A stretch of DNA of 12,256 nt from contig JBBIJD010000052.1 in NCBI GenBank assembly GCA_037446135.1, positions 1-12,256 on the forward strand. The letters are read 5' to 3'. The position numbers were made by a program, and so were the translations under genes. The notes below the pieces were generated by a model. It was not told where the DNA came from, made no database searches, and was given only the letters and a program-made list of their open reading frames with translations. How positions within the stretch are numbered: the first letter of the stretch is position 1; each line of letters opens with the position of its first letter. Shown here in pieces: positions 1 through 7,536 of the stretch. Origin of the DNA: Candidatus Fraserbacteria bacterium (lineage in GTDB: Bacteria > Bipolaricaulota > Bipolaricaulia > RBG-16-55-9 > JANLFV01).

Positions 1-234
1 ATTGAAGAGCCCTGTCCCCGTGACCTCGTGGGAGATAATCGCCCCGCTCGCGCCCTTCCGGAAGGCCTCCTCTAGGAAGAGATGCCCATCGGTCCGCTCC
101 CCCTTGAGGGCGATGAAGAGCTCACCGGATTTGATCGTCCTGGAGTCGATGGAGAAGCCAGTAACCTCCCCAGGACGATGGTTGCGGAGGCTTCCCTCCG
201 TAACCCATGCGATCCAATCGAGCTTGAATCCCAA
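1..234 (-). CDS. murF: UDP-N-acetylmuramoyl-tripeptide--D-alanyl-D-alanine ligase (Mur ligase N-terminal domain); the gene runs off the left edge
   Basis: Not in the ORF track. Manual minus-strand translation from TTG at 234 gives [78 protein letters not shown], with the MurF-type DSR...[11 protein letters not shown] motif. An in-frame TAG at 246-244 limits the start. Confidence 0.82.
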   Translation of the reverse strand, partial: MGFKLDWIAWVTEGSLRNHRPGEVTGFSIDSRTIKSGELFIALKGERTDGHLFLEEAFRKGASGAIISHEVTGTGLFN

Positions 235-249
235 CCCCTCAGTCTAAGA

Positions 250-1407
250 TCAAACTAGGCTAGTCGAGCTCGCGAGCGAACTGACCAGTTCCACGATCCT
301 TTGGGCCCCATCCTCCATCGTCTCTACGAGTGTAATCCCTCGCTCGCGGAGGATCGCTCGCCCCTCCTCCTCATTCGTCCCGGTAAGGCGGACGACCAGG
401 GGGATCGAGGCTCTTAGCTTCTGCCATGCCTCGACCAAGCCCCGCGCTACCTCATCGCAACGGGTGATCCCTCCGAAGATGTTGAGGAAGAGCCCCTTGA
501 CCTGGGGATCGGAGAGGACGATCTCCAGGGCCTTCTCGATCTGGGCGGCCCGGGCCCCTCCGCCGATATCGAGGAAGTTCGCCGGCTTCCCCCCGAGGGA
601 AGCCACAAGATCGAGGGTCGCCATCACTAGGCCCGCGCCGTTCCCGATGATCCCGATATCCCCATCGAGCTTGACATAGTTCAGTCCGGCCTCGTGGGCC
701 GCTCTCTCCTGAGGACTCTCGGAGTCGGCATCCCGCCAGGAGGCGAGCTCCCCGAGGAGCGGGAGGGCGTCATCGTCGATAATGAACTTGGAATCGAGGG
801 CCACGAAGCTCCCCGCTGGGGTGAGCGCGAGGGGGTTGATCTCCACCAGGCTCGCTTGATATTGAGCGAAGGCCTGGTAGAGCTTAGAGAAGATCGGGGC
901 GAGCCGGCCCTGGAGCCCCCTATCGATCCCGGCCTTGAGGAGGAGATTCCTGATCTGATAAGGATGAGGCCCCTCGAGTGGGTGGACATGGAACCGGAAG
1001 ATCGCCCCCGGCTCGCTCTTCGCTACTTCCTCAATCTCCATCCCTCCGGCGGGGGAGAAGATCACCACCGGCATTCTCGCGGCTCGATCGAGGGTAATCC
1101 CGAGGTAATACTCCCGGGAGATCTCCTCGGCCTTCGCTACCAGGACCCTCTTCACGAGCTCGCCCTTGATCGTCATCCCCAAGATACTTGAGGCATGGGC
1201 CCTCGCCTCCGCTGGAGTGGCGGCGAGCTTCACTCCACCGGCCTTCCCTCGCCCGCCGACGAGGACTTGGGCCTTGACCACCACGGGGCAACCCAGGGCT
1301 TGGGCGAACCCCTCGGCCTCCGCCGGGGTGGTCGCGACCTGCCCCTCATTGATGGGGATCCCGACCCGCTTGAAGAGCTCTTTCCCCTGATACTCGTGGA
1401 GCTTCAC
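250..1407 (-). CDS. sucC: Succinyl-CoA synthetase (ADP-forming) beta subunit
   Basis: Motifs KLHEYQGKELF, VVKAQVLVGGRGKAGGV, EINPL, GNGAGLVMATLD, PANFLDIGGG, NIFGGITRCDEVA, VRLTGTN. Start placed at GTG 1407, which gives the canonical MKLHEYQ with AAGGAG upstream. The alternative GTG at 1419 overlaps the tatA stop. Confidence 0.95.
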   Translation of the reverse strand: MKLHEYQGKELFKRVGIPINEGQVATTPAEAEGFAQALGCPVVVKAQVLVGGRGKAGGVKLAATPAEARAHASSILGMTIKGELVKRVLVAKAEEISREYYLGITLDRAARMPVVIFSPAGGMEIEEVAKSEPGAIFRFHVHPLEGPHPYQIRNLLLKAGIDRGLQGRLAPIFSKLYQAFAQYQASLVEINPLALTPAGSFVALDSKFIIDDDALPLLGELASWRDADSESPQERAAHEAGLNYVKLDGDIGIIGNGAGLVMATLDLVASLGGKPANFLDIGGGARAAQIEKALEIVLSDPQVKGLFLNIFGGITRCDEVARGLVEAWQKLRASIPLVVRLTGTNEEEGRAILRERGITLVETMEDGAQRIVELVSSLASSTSLV

Positions 1408-1415
1408 CGCTTTGC

Positions 1416-1643
1416 TCACTCCTTCTTCAGTGGCTCGATCTCCTTGATCTCTTCGACCTTCTTCTCCTCTTCCTTCTTGGCCTCGAGCTCCACCTCGTGG
1501 CGGAGCTTCTGGGCCTCATCGCGGAAGGCTCGGACACCCTTCCCCAGGGAGCGGGCGATCTCCGGGACCTTGTTCGCCCCGAAGATGAGGAGCACGATCG
1601 CCAGGATCAGCAGGAGCTCCGGGATCCCGATGTTCCCGAACAT
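1416..1643 (-). CDS. tatA: Twin-arginine translocase TatA/TatE subunit
   Basis: 75 aa. [18 protein letters not shown] transmembrane helix with the FG hinge, amphipathic helix [17 protein letters not shown], charged tail. Strong SD AAGGAGG upstream. Confidence 0.95.
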   Translation of the reverse strand: MFGNIGIPELLLILAIVLLIFGANKVPEIARSLGKGVRAFRDEAQKLRHEVELEAKKEEEKKVEEIKEIEPLKKE

Positions 1644-1676
1644 CTCTGATCCCCTCCTTTCCCCAAGCTTGAGCTC

Positions 1677-1685
1677 AGCATATCA
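1677..1685 (-). promoter_or_regulatory. Putative extended -10 promoter (TG-A-TATGCT) for tatA-sucC-murF
   Basis: Minus strand reads TTTTTGATATGCT about 35 nt upstream of the tatA ATG. Same hexamer as the candidate promoter of the lipoate ligase gene. The -35 is weak (GTGAAG). Confidence 0.45.
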
Positions 1686-1701
1686 AAAATCCGGCCATCC
1701 T

Positions 1702-2544
1702 TCACTCTAGCCTAGCACTACCGCCCGCTGGGGTCAAGGCCCGATGCCGGAGGTTCCATTCTGGGCTCTTATACTTCCGCTCCAATAGCTCTTCGGCCAG
1801 CGCCAGCTCCCCCGGCGTGGGAGGGGCCTCTTCCAGCTCGGCCCCGAACCGGGCCTTGAAGCCGGCACAGAGGGCCTCCTCGAGCTCCGCGGGCTCGACC
1901 GGCTTGAACTCCCAGAGCCCCGCGGCCCGTTGCCGGAAAAGCGTGATGAAGGCCTCCCGTGGAGAGCCATTAAACCGGATGACCGCCGCGAGCCGGTCCG
2001 GGTCCAGCTCGAGTGGGAGCGAGCCGTGCTCGAGTAAGGCGAGATGGTCCCGCACTTGGGCCATCCCGACCACCTTCCTCCCGGCGATGGTCAGCTCATG
2101 GCGCGCAGGGGCCTCGAAGCAAGCCCTCGAAAGAGCAAGACGGGAGCCACACCTGGCCTCCACCTCTGCCGGCAGGCCGAGCTGCTGGAGCCCGAGGGCC
2201 ACTGCCTCCGCGATCAATCGGTGGGACTCGTGGACACCCCCGAGCCCCGCTACAGGATGGACGAGGCTAAAGGTCAGCTCGCGATCGTGGAGGACGGCCC
2301 GCCCGCCGGTCGGGCGCCTGAGGAAGGTAAGTCCGAGCCGAGCACAGGCCTCAAGGTCATAGTCACCCGCTTGCTGGGCATACCCGATCGAGACCGCCGG
2401 CCGGGCCCAGCGGTAGAGCCGGAGGGTCGGCCTCCCAAGCCTAAGCTTAGCGAAGGAGCGCCAGAGCGCCTCATCGAGGGCCAGATTCCAGGCCGGCTCC
2501 CCCGGGCCGGAGCGGATCAACCTCCAGGCCATCTTTTTCATCAT
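1702..2544 (-). CDS. Lipoate-protein ligase / octanoyltransferase family protein (single catalytic domain, LipM/LplA-N-like)
   Basis: Motifs WNLALDEAL, LRLYRW..PAVSIGY, RRPTGGRAVLHD, GRKVVGMAQ (catalytic Lys), LLEHGSL. About 280 aa with no LplA C-terminal domain. True start is probably ATG 2544, 2541 or 2532 rather than 2616. Confidence 0.9.
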   Translation of the reverse strand: MMKKMAWRLIRSGPGEPAWNLALDEALWRSFAKLRLGRPTLRLYRWARPAVSIGYAQQAGDYDLEACARLGLTFLRRPTGGRAVLHDRELTFSLVHPVAGLGGVHESHRLIAEAVALGLQQLGLPAEVEARCGSRLALSRACFEAPARHELTIAGRKVVGMAQVRDHLALLEHGSLPLELDPDRLAAVIRFNGSPREAFITLFRQRAAGLWEFKPVEPAELEEALCAGFKARFGAELEEAPPTPGELALAEELLERKYKSPEWNLRHRALTPAGGSARLE

Positions 2545-2551
2545 ACATATA

Positions 2552-2580
2552 AGCATACAGCCCGCGCTTCGCCCTCTCAA
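2552..2580 (-). promoter_or_regulatory. Putative sigma70-type promoter TTGAGA-N17-TATGCT, leaderless configuration
   Basis: -35 at 2580-2575, 17-nt spacer, -10 at 2557-2552, then 7 nt to ATG 2544. No SD present. Locally AT-rich. Confidence 0.6.
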
Positions 2581-2746
2581 ATAGGACAGGCGGGGCCAGG
2601 TCAACGGTAACCTCACGGGGGAGCAGAGATCTCGGGGAATGGGCGGCCTGCCGTGGTCGGGGTCACTGAAGCGAGCAGCTCGCCTCCGTAGAATTCAGGC
2701 GATGACCGCAGAGTTGAAGAAGAAGCTTCAGCTCCTCCAGCGCCAG

Positions 2747-2772
2747 CTCGGCCCGGCCCGCCGCCGGGCGAG
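2747..2772 (-). other. GC-rich hairpin just downstream of the ABC-2 permease stop (possible terminator or 3' stabiliser)
   Basis: Plus strand CTCG-G-CCCGGC-CCGCC-GCCGGG-CGAG forms a 10-bp stem with one bulge, 4 nt after the stop at 2777. No U-tract. Confidence 0.35.
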
Positions 2773-2776
2773 GCTC

Positions 2777-3634
2777 TCAGTAGTTCGTCCGCTGATCGAG
2801 CAGCCCACGGTGCCGGGCTCGCTGCTCCGCCCACTTGAAGAAGAGGTGAGAGAAGATCACCAGCCCGATGGTCGTCCCGAGTAGAACGAGCAAGAGCTCT
2901 CCCTCAGAGAGCCGCCCGAGGAGCTGGCTCACACCGATGATCTTCTCCCCCAGGGCCGCTCGGCGCATCGCCTCAATCCAGTAAGTTGAGGGCAGTGCCC
3001 TGCCGATCGCTTGGGCCCAGCCAGGCAAGACATCCAGAGGGAAGACCACCCCGCACAAGAGGTAAAAGGCCCCGGCGATCGCCTCGCTGATCCCCCCGGA
3101 GTGGCGGGCGGTGATCAGGCAGACCCCGGCGAGGATGATCCCGAAAGCGATGATCCCGGCCAGCCCGATCAGGAGGGCCCCGAAGAGATAGGGGTAATCT
3201 ATCTCGAAGAGGCCGAGCGGGACCTTAAGGAAGAGGGCCCCAAAGACCAGTGCGATCGCCACCGAGATCGCCGAGACAAAGAGCTTAGCCATCCCCCGGC
3301 CTAAAAGGTAGATGTAGATCCGGATCGGGGAGAGGTAGATGTATTTCAGCATCTCGTAGTGCTCCCGGTCGTCATGGATCACCCAACTGATCCCGAAGAG
3401 GACATTCCCGACGAAGATGTAAAAGGCGTTCCCCACATAGATGTAAGCGAAGAGCTCCGTCCCGGTCTTCCCGCGGGTGATCACGAGATACATGAAGACC
3501 AGGATCAGAGAGGCTGCGACCGGCTTGATGACCGAGTAGACGGCGAAGAGTAGGGGATCGGTCCAATTCGACTCGATCTGCCAGCCGAGCTTCGTGGCCG
3601 TCCGGAACGCCTTAAAGTGCTCGTTTACTGCCAT
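2777..3634 (-). CDS. ABC-2 type exporter permease
   Basis: About 6 hydrophobic segments and the ABC-2 motif CGVVFPLDVLPGWAQAIGRALPSTYWIEAMR. Start placed at ATG 3634 (MAVNEHF), overlapping the upstream stop at 3627-3625. The longer 3745 start lies deep inside the upstream gene. Confidence 0.88.
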   Translation of the reverse strand: MAVNEHFKAFRTATKLGWQIESNWTDPLLFAVYSVIKPVAASLILVFMYLVITRGKTGTELFAYIYVGNAFYIFVGNVLFGISWVIHDDREHYEMLKYIYLSPIRIYIYLLGRGMAKLFVSAISVAIALVFGALFLKVPLGLFEIDYPYLFGALLIGLAGIIAFGIILAGVCLITARHSGGISEAIAGAFYLLCGVVFPLDVLPGWAQAIGRALPSTYWIEAMRRAALGEKIIGVSQLLGRLSEGELLLVLLGTTIGLVIFSHLFFKWAEQRARHRGLLDQRTNY

Positions 3635-4443
3635 CGCAAAGTCAGCCGCCCTTCTCGCTTCCCCAGCTCCTCCATGAGGCGGAGGGCCCTCCTGGCAAAG
3701 GAGATGAAGGCGATGCTCAAGAGGGCCAAGATGGCCAGCTCCCACTCCGGTGGGATGAAGCCCCAGCCCCTCCCGCCGAAGGCGAGCTGCCTGATCCCGT
3801 CCAGTCCCAAGGTAAGGGGGATCAATGAGGCTGCCGCAGCCACCCAGAAGCCCAGCCCCCTGACGGGGAAATAGAACCCCGAGAGGAGATAAACCGGCTC
3901 CTGAAGGAGGTTCGAGAGGTGCCAGGCCTCACGGCCGTAGAGCATGAAGAGCGAAGCAAAGAGCATTCCGAGCCCATAGAGTGCGGCCATGGTCAAGAAG
4001 AAGATCAAGGCCAGCATCAGTGGCTGCTGGACAGTGAACTTGACGCCGAAGATCAGGCTCCCCAGGATCAGGACCGCTCCGGCACGGACGGTGGTCATGA
4101 ACATCCCTCCCAGGGCCATCCCCAGGAGGATCGCCATCGGGGAGATCGGGGCGATCAGGAATAGCTCGAGCTGGCCCATCTCCTTCTCCCAGTAGAATTG
4201 GCTGGCCATGTTCCAGAGCACATTCATCCAGTAGGCGGTCATCGCCCCGCCGAGGATGACGAAGCCGGTGAACTCCGGGGGGGCCTGCATGGCTTTATAG
4301 ATGAAGACATAGGCGGCGGTCCCCAAAAGGGGCAGGAAGGTGTCGAAGAAGAGCCAGGAGAGCTCGCGGTTGGCCCCCACGACCCGGACATAGGCCCTCG
4401 CCCAGATGGCCCGGAGATTAGTAGAAAGCGCTGAAGCCCTCAT
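3625..4443 (-). CDS. ABC-2 type exporter permease
   Basis: Multiple TM segments, EKEMGQLELFLIAPIS and LLSGFYFPV...LIPLTLGLDGIR motifs. ATGA overlap with the ATPase stop. Confidence 0.9.
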   Translation of the reverse strand: MRASALSTNLRAIWARAYVRVVGANRELSWLFFDTFLPLLGTAAYVFIYKAMQAPPEFTGFVILGGAMTAYWMNVLWNMASQFYWEKEMGQLELFLIAPISPMAILLGMALGGMFMTTVRAGAVLILGSLIFGVKFTVQQPLMLALIFFLTMAALYGLGMLFASLFMLYGREAWHLSNLLQEPVYLLSGFYFPVRGLGFWVAAAASLIPLTLGLDGIRQLAFGGRGWGFIPPEWELAILALLSIAFISFARRALRLMEELGKREGRLTLRWQ

Positions 4444-5432
4444 CTCTCGGTGGTATCGACCTCGAGGGACCGGCCGACCAGCTCGATGAAGACATCCTCG
4501 AGGGTCGGCTCGGTCTTCCGAAGATAGAGGACCCGCGAGCCCTGCTCCGCGATCGCGCTCAGCAGGTGGGTGAGCACATCCTCATGTTCGAGGATGAACC
4601 GGAGCTCGGTGAACCCGTCCCGCGAGGTGGCCGCGAGTTGCCTCACCCCTGGGAGGCCCTTCAAGCCGTCCCAGGAGTCGAGCCCCTCGACCTCGAGGTG
4701 GAAGATCGACTCCTTCTTCACCCGCCGCTGGAGGTTCTCCGGGGTATCGCAGGCCAGGATCTTCCCCCGGTCGATGATCGCGACCCGATCGCAGAGCTCC
4801 TCGGCCTCGGTCATGTAGTGGGTCGTCAGGAGGACGGTCTTCCCTGGTCTCTCCTTGACCCAGCTCTTGATGAAGCTCCGGACATCACGGGCCGCGCCCA
4901 CATCGAGCCCCAGGGTCGGCTCATCTAAGAAGACGATCTTCGGGTCGGAGACAAAGCCCCGGGCGAAGTTCATCTTCTGGCGCATCCCCGTGGAGAGGCG
5001 GTTGATCTTGGTGTTGGCCTCCTCTTCTAGGCCGACGACCCGCAAGAGCTCGTTGATCCTCTCCCGAGCGACCTTGGTGGGGACGCCGTAGAACTGGGAG
5101 AACATCCACAGGGTCTCTTTCACGGTGAGGATCCCGTAGCCGGAGTGCTCCCCGCCGGAGACCATGTTGATCCGGCGGCGGACCTCGTGAGGGTCTTTGA
5201 CTACATCGATCCCATCGACCAGGGCCTGGCCGCTCGTCGGCAGAAGGAGGGTGGCGAGGATCTTTATGAGGGTCGTCTTCCCCGCACCGTTTGGGCCGAG
5301 GACCCCGAAGAGCTCGCCCTCTTGGATCTCTAGGTCAATCCCTTCCAAAGCCACGACGGTCCGCCAGGCCCGGCGGGCCTGCTTCTTCCGAAAGAGCCGC
5401 TTGAGCTGGATGACTTCGATCGCGGGGTGCAT
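4440..5432 (-). CDS. ABC exporter ATP-binding protein (DrrA/CcmA-like, with C-terminal accessory domain)
   Basis: Walker A GPNGAGKTT, signature LSTGMRQK, Walker B IVFLDEPT, H-loop LTTHY, C-terminal PTLEDVFI. Start placed at ATG 5432 behind SD AAGGAGG. Confidence 0.93.
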   Translation of the reverse strand: MHPAIEVIQLKRLFRKKQARRAWRTVVALEGIDLEIQEGELFGVLGPNGAGKTTLIKILATLLLPTSGQALVDGIDVVKDPHEVRRRINMVSGGEHSGYGILTVKETLWMFSQFYGVPTKVARERINELLRVVGLEEEANTKINRLSTGMRQKMNFARGFVSDPKIVFLDEPTLGLDVGAARDVRSFIKSWVKERPGKTVLLTTHYMTEAEELCDRVAIIDRGKILACDTPENLQRRVKKESIFHLEVEGLDSWDGLKGLPGVRQLAATSRDGFTELRFILEHEDVLTHLLSAIAEQGSRVLYLRKTEPTLEDVFIELVGRSLEVDTTER

Positions 5433-5455
5433 GGTCGGCTCAGCCTCCTTATGAA

Positions 5456-5484
5456 ATTCTACCATGGGAGGAGACGGACCACAA
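5456..5484 (-). promoter_or_regulatory. Putative promoter of the ABC-2 operon: TTGTGG-N17-TAGAAT with extended -10 TG
   Basis: -35 at 5484-5479, 17-nt spacer, TG-G-TAGAAT (-10 at 5461-5456), followed within a few nt by AAGGAGG and then ATG 5432. Confidence 0.6.
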
Positions 5485-5613
5485 CCGCCTTGTAGATCGG
5501 TGGCATAATGGCCCTGGATAACGAACGGCGCGCTCTCATGCCGATGCCGGCAGTAATTGCGCTGATAGCAATCGGGATTGGTCTCCACCCGCCTTAAGGG
5601 GCTCGGAAACGAG

Positions 5614-6690
5614 TCAATGGGGAGCCGTGAGGAGATAGCGGATGATCTCTACGGCCGTTTCCATATCGCTGATCGCGATCTGCTCCTCCTTGGAGTGCTC
5701 GGCCTCCACCCCCACCCCTAAGACGGCGGTCTCGATCCCCTGGGAGTTGAGGACAGAGGCGTCGGTCCCCCCGGTGATCACCTTCGCCTTGGGGGCGAGG
5801 CCGACCGAGGCGATCGCCTCCTTGGCGAGGAGGACGGTCGGGGAGTCCTCGGGGATCCTCGAGGCCTTGTATTCGAGCTCGACCTTGATGTCCACCTTCG
5901 CCCCCATCTTGGCCGCGGCCGCCTCGAAGGCTCGCTTCATCACCCCAGCTTGGTGGACGGCCTTCTCATGATTTAAGCTGCGGCATTCGGCCTGGATGAA
6001 TGCCTTCTCAGGGACGCCGTTTCTGATCTCACCGCCGCGGATGATCCCCACATTGGCGGTCGTCTCCTCGTCGAGCCTCCCCTCCGGCAGCCCGGCGATG
6101 GCGATCGCCGCGGTCTTGATCGCCGAGATCCCCTTCTCCGGCTCCATCCCCGCATGGGCCGCCTTCCCGGTGATCTCGACATCGATCGAGAAGTGGGACG
6201 GCCCCCCGATGATCACCGTATCCAGCCGGTCGGAGTCGAGCACGAAGCCCTGCCTGGCCGAGAGCTTGGAGTAATCCAGGTTCTTCGCCCCGAGGAGGCC
6301 GATCTCCTCCGAGCGGGTGATCACGATCTCCAGCGGAGGATGCCTCATCGCGGTCCGGACGGCCTCGAAGAGCTCGGCGATCCCGGCCTTGTCGTCCGCC
6401 CCGAGGATCGTCTCCCCCTTGGCGCGGATCACCCCGTTCTCGATCACCGGCTCGATCCCCTTCCCCGGCTTGACCGTGTCGGCGTGGGCCGCGAGCAGGA
6501 GGGGCCTGGCCCCCGGAGGGGCCCCCTTCGCCGGGAGCTTGCAGATCAGGTTGCCGTAGCCGTCGCGATCGCATTCGGCCCCCAGCCCCCGCGCGAAGAG
6601 CCCGGAAAGATGCTGGATGAACCTCTCCTCCTCCCCGGATTCGCTGTCGATCCGGGCCAGCTCGCAGAATAGCTCAGTCAACTTGCTCAT
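5614..6690 (-). CDS. M20/M25/M40 family metallohydrolase, peptidase T-like
   Basis: Metal and catalytic motifs AHADT, GADDKAG, SEEIGLLG, VLDSD and C-terminal GGTDA...EHSKEE. Dimerisation domain GKAAHAGMEPEKGISAI. Confidence 0.92.
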   Translation of the reverse strand: MSKLTELFCELARIDSESGEEERFIQHLSGLFARGLGAECDRDGYGNLICKLPAKGAPPGARPLLLAAHADTVKPGKGIEPVIENGVIRAKGETILGADDKAGIAELFEAVRTAMRHPPLEIVITRSEEIGLLGAKNLDYSKLSARQGFVLDSDRLDTVIIGGPSHFSIDVEITGKAAHAGMEPEKGISAIKTAAIAIAGLPEGRLDEETTANVGIIRGGEIRNGVPEKAFIQAECRSLNHEKAVHQAGVMKRAFEAAAAKMGAKVDIKVELEYKASRIPEDSPTVLLAKEAIASVGLAPKAKVITGGTDASVLNSQGIETAVLGVGVEAEHSKEEQIAISDMETAVEIIRYLLTAPH

Positions 6691-6718
6691 GGGATTACCC
6701 CCTTCATCGCCTCTTGGA

Positions 6719-6997
6719 TCACCTATTCTTTGCCTCCCTGGCGAACCTTCTGACCAACTCCTCCAAGAAATGGTAGAATCCCTCGCGATCGCGCAGCACG
6801 AGCTCTCCCCCTTCGTCCGCCTCCTCCGCTACCTCCCTCAAGAAGTCGTCCCCGTATTCCTCCGCGGCCAGGGCCGCCAGGCGGCTGAGGACCTCGAGCA
6901 GCCTGAGAGGGCCATAGTCTTTAGGCTCATCCTTCAGTCCCGCCGCGCTAGCCGCTATGTAGGCGCACAGATCGAACAGCTTATCCCTGTCCATCAC
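6719..6997 (-). CDS. Small acidic helical protein, DUF6092-like
   Basis: 92 aa with typical codon usage, ATGA-coupled to the nitroreductase, SD GAGGAGAGG. The Y..SA.GL.DEPKDYGPLRLLE motif matches my recollection of DUF6092 (not verified). Confidence 0.7.
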   Translation of the reverse strand: MMDRDKLFDLCAYIAASAAGLKDEPKDYGPLRLLEVLSRLAALAAEEYGDDFLREVAEEADEGGELVLRDREGFYHFLEELVRRFAREAKNR

Positions 6998-7536
6998 CTC
7001 TCCTCATACTTCTCCCAGAAGGAGATCCGCGAGAGCTCCTTCCTTGGGGGTGGGTCAGGATGCTCAGCAGGGAAGCCCAGGGCGATGAGGATGATCGGAC
7101 GGATATGGTCGGGCAACTCCAACAACTCCCTCACCCCGACCTCGGAGAAGGAGGCTACCGGGCAAGAGCCGAGCCCCAGGGCATGGGCCATGAGCAGCAT
7201 ATTCTGGGCCGCCATGGCCCCCTCCTCGGCGGCCAGGGTTTCTCCATGCCCGGAGCTCTCCCCGAGCTCCATATCCCCCCGATCGGAGCAGACCACGATC
7301 GCCGCTTTGGCCTCCCTGGGGAAGCCGGGGGAGAGGGCCTTGAGCCGCTCAAGCTGCCTGGTCTCTCGGACGACGATGAACCTCCAGGACTGCACATTCC
7401 CCGGGGTAGGAGCCCATCGCCCGGCATCGAGGAGCTTTTCCAGCATCTCGACCGGGACCTCTCGGTCCTCATAGGAGCGGACGCTCCTCCTCCCCTTGAT
7501 GACCTCAAAGAGGGCCTCTCCCCTACTCCTGCTCAT
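6994..7536 (-). CDS. Nitroreductase family flavoprotein (FMN-binding)
   Basis: RRSVRSY, WAPTPGNVQSWRFIVV, AAQNMLLMAHALGLGSC, IALGFP...PPPRK. Start at ATG 7536 (GGAGG with 7-nt spacing) or 7542. Confidence 0.93.
   Translation of the reverse strand: MSRSRGEALFEVIKGRRSVRSYEDREVPVEMLEKLLDAGRWAPTPGNVQSWRFIVVRETRQLERLKALSPGFPREAKAAIVVCSDRGDMELGESSGHGETLAAEEGAMAAQNMLLMAHALGLGSCPVASFSEVGVRELLELPDHIRPIILIALGFPAEHPDPPPRKELSRISFWEKYEER

Noticed and set aside
2..247. 81-aa plus-strand ORF from the track
   Set aside because: The opposite strand encodes a clear MurF N-terminus.
2600..2700. Possible tRNA, riboswitch or ncRNA in the 230-bp intergenic region (short palindromes GAGATCTC and GCGAGC-A-GCTCGC)
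   Set aside because: No cloverleaf, T-loop or recognisable riboswitch consensus. Short GC stems are expected by chance. An Rfam/Infernal scan would settle it.
5433..5588. Cys/His-containing N-terminal extension of the ABC ATPase (start 5588)
   Set aside because: A candidate promoter (5456-5484) and a strong SD lie inside it, which points to ATG 5432 as the start.
5586..5613. Intrinsic terminator after the M20 gene
   Set aside because: Only very short stems (CTCG-N4-CGAG, CCTTAAGG) and no U-tract.
6617..7474. 285-aa plus-strand ORF
   Set aside because: Antisense to three well-supported genes, with a Ser/Pro-rich shadow composition.
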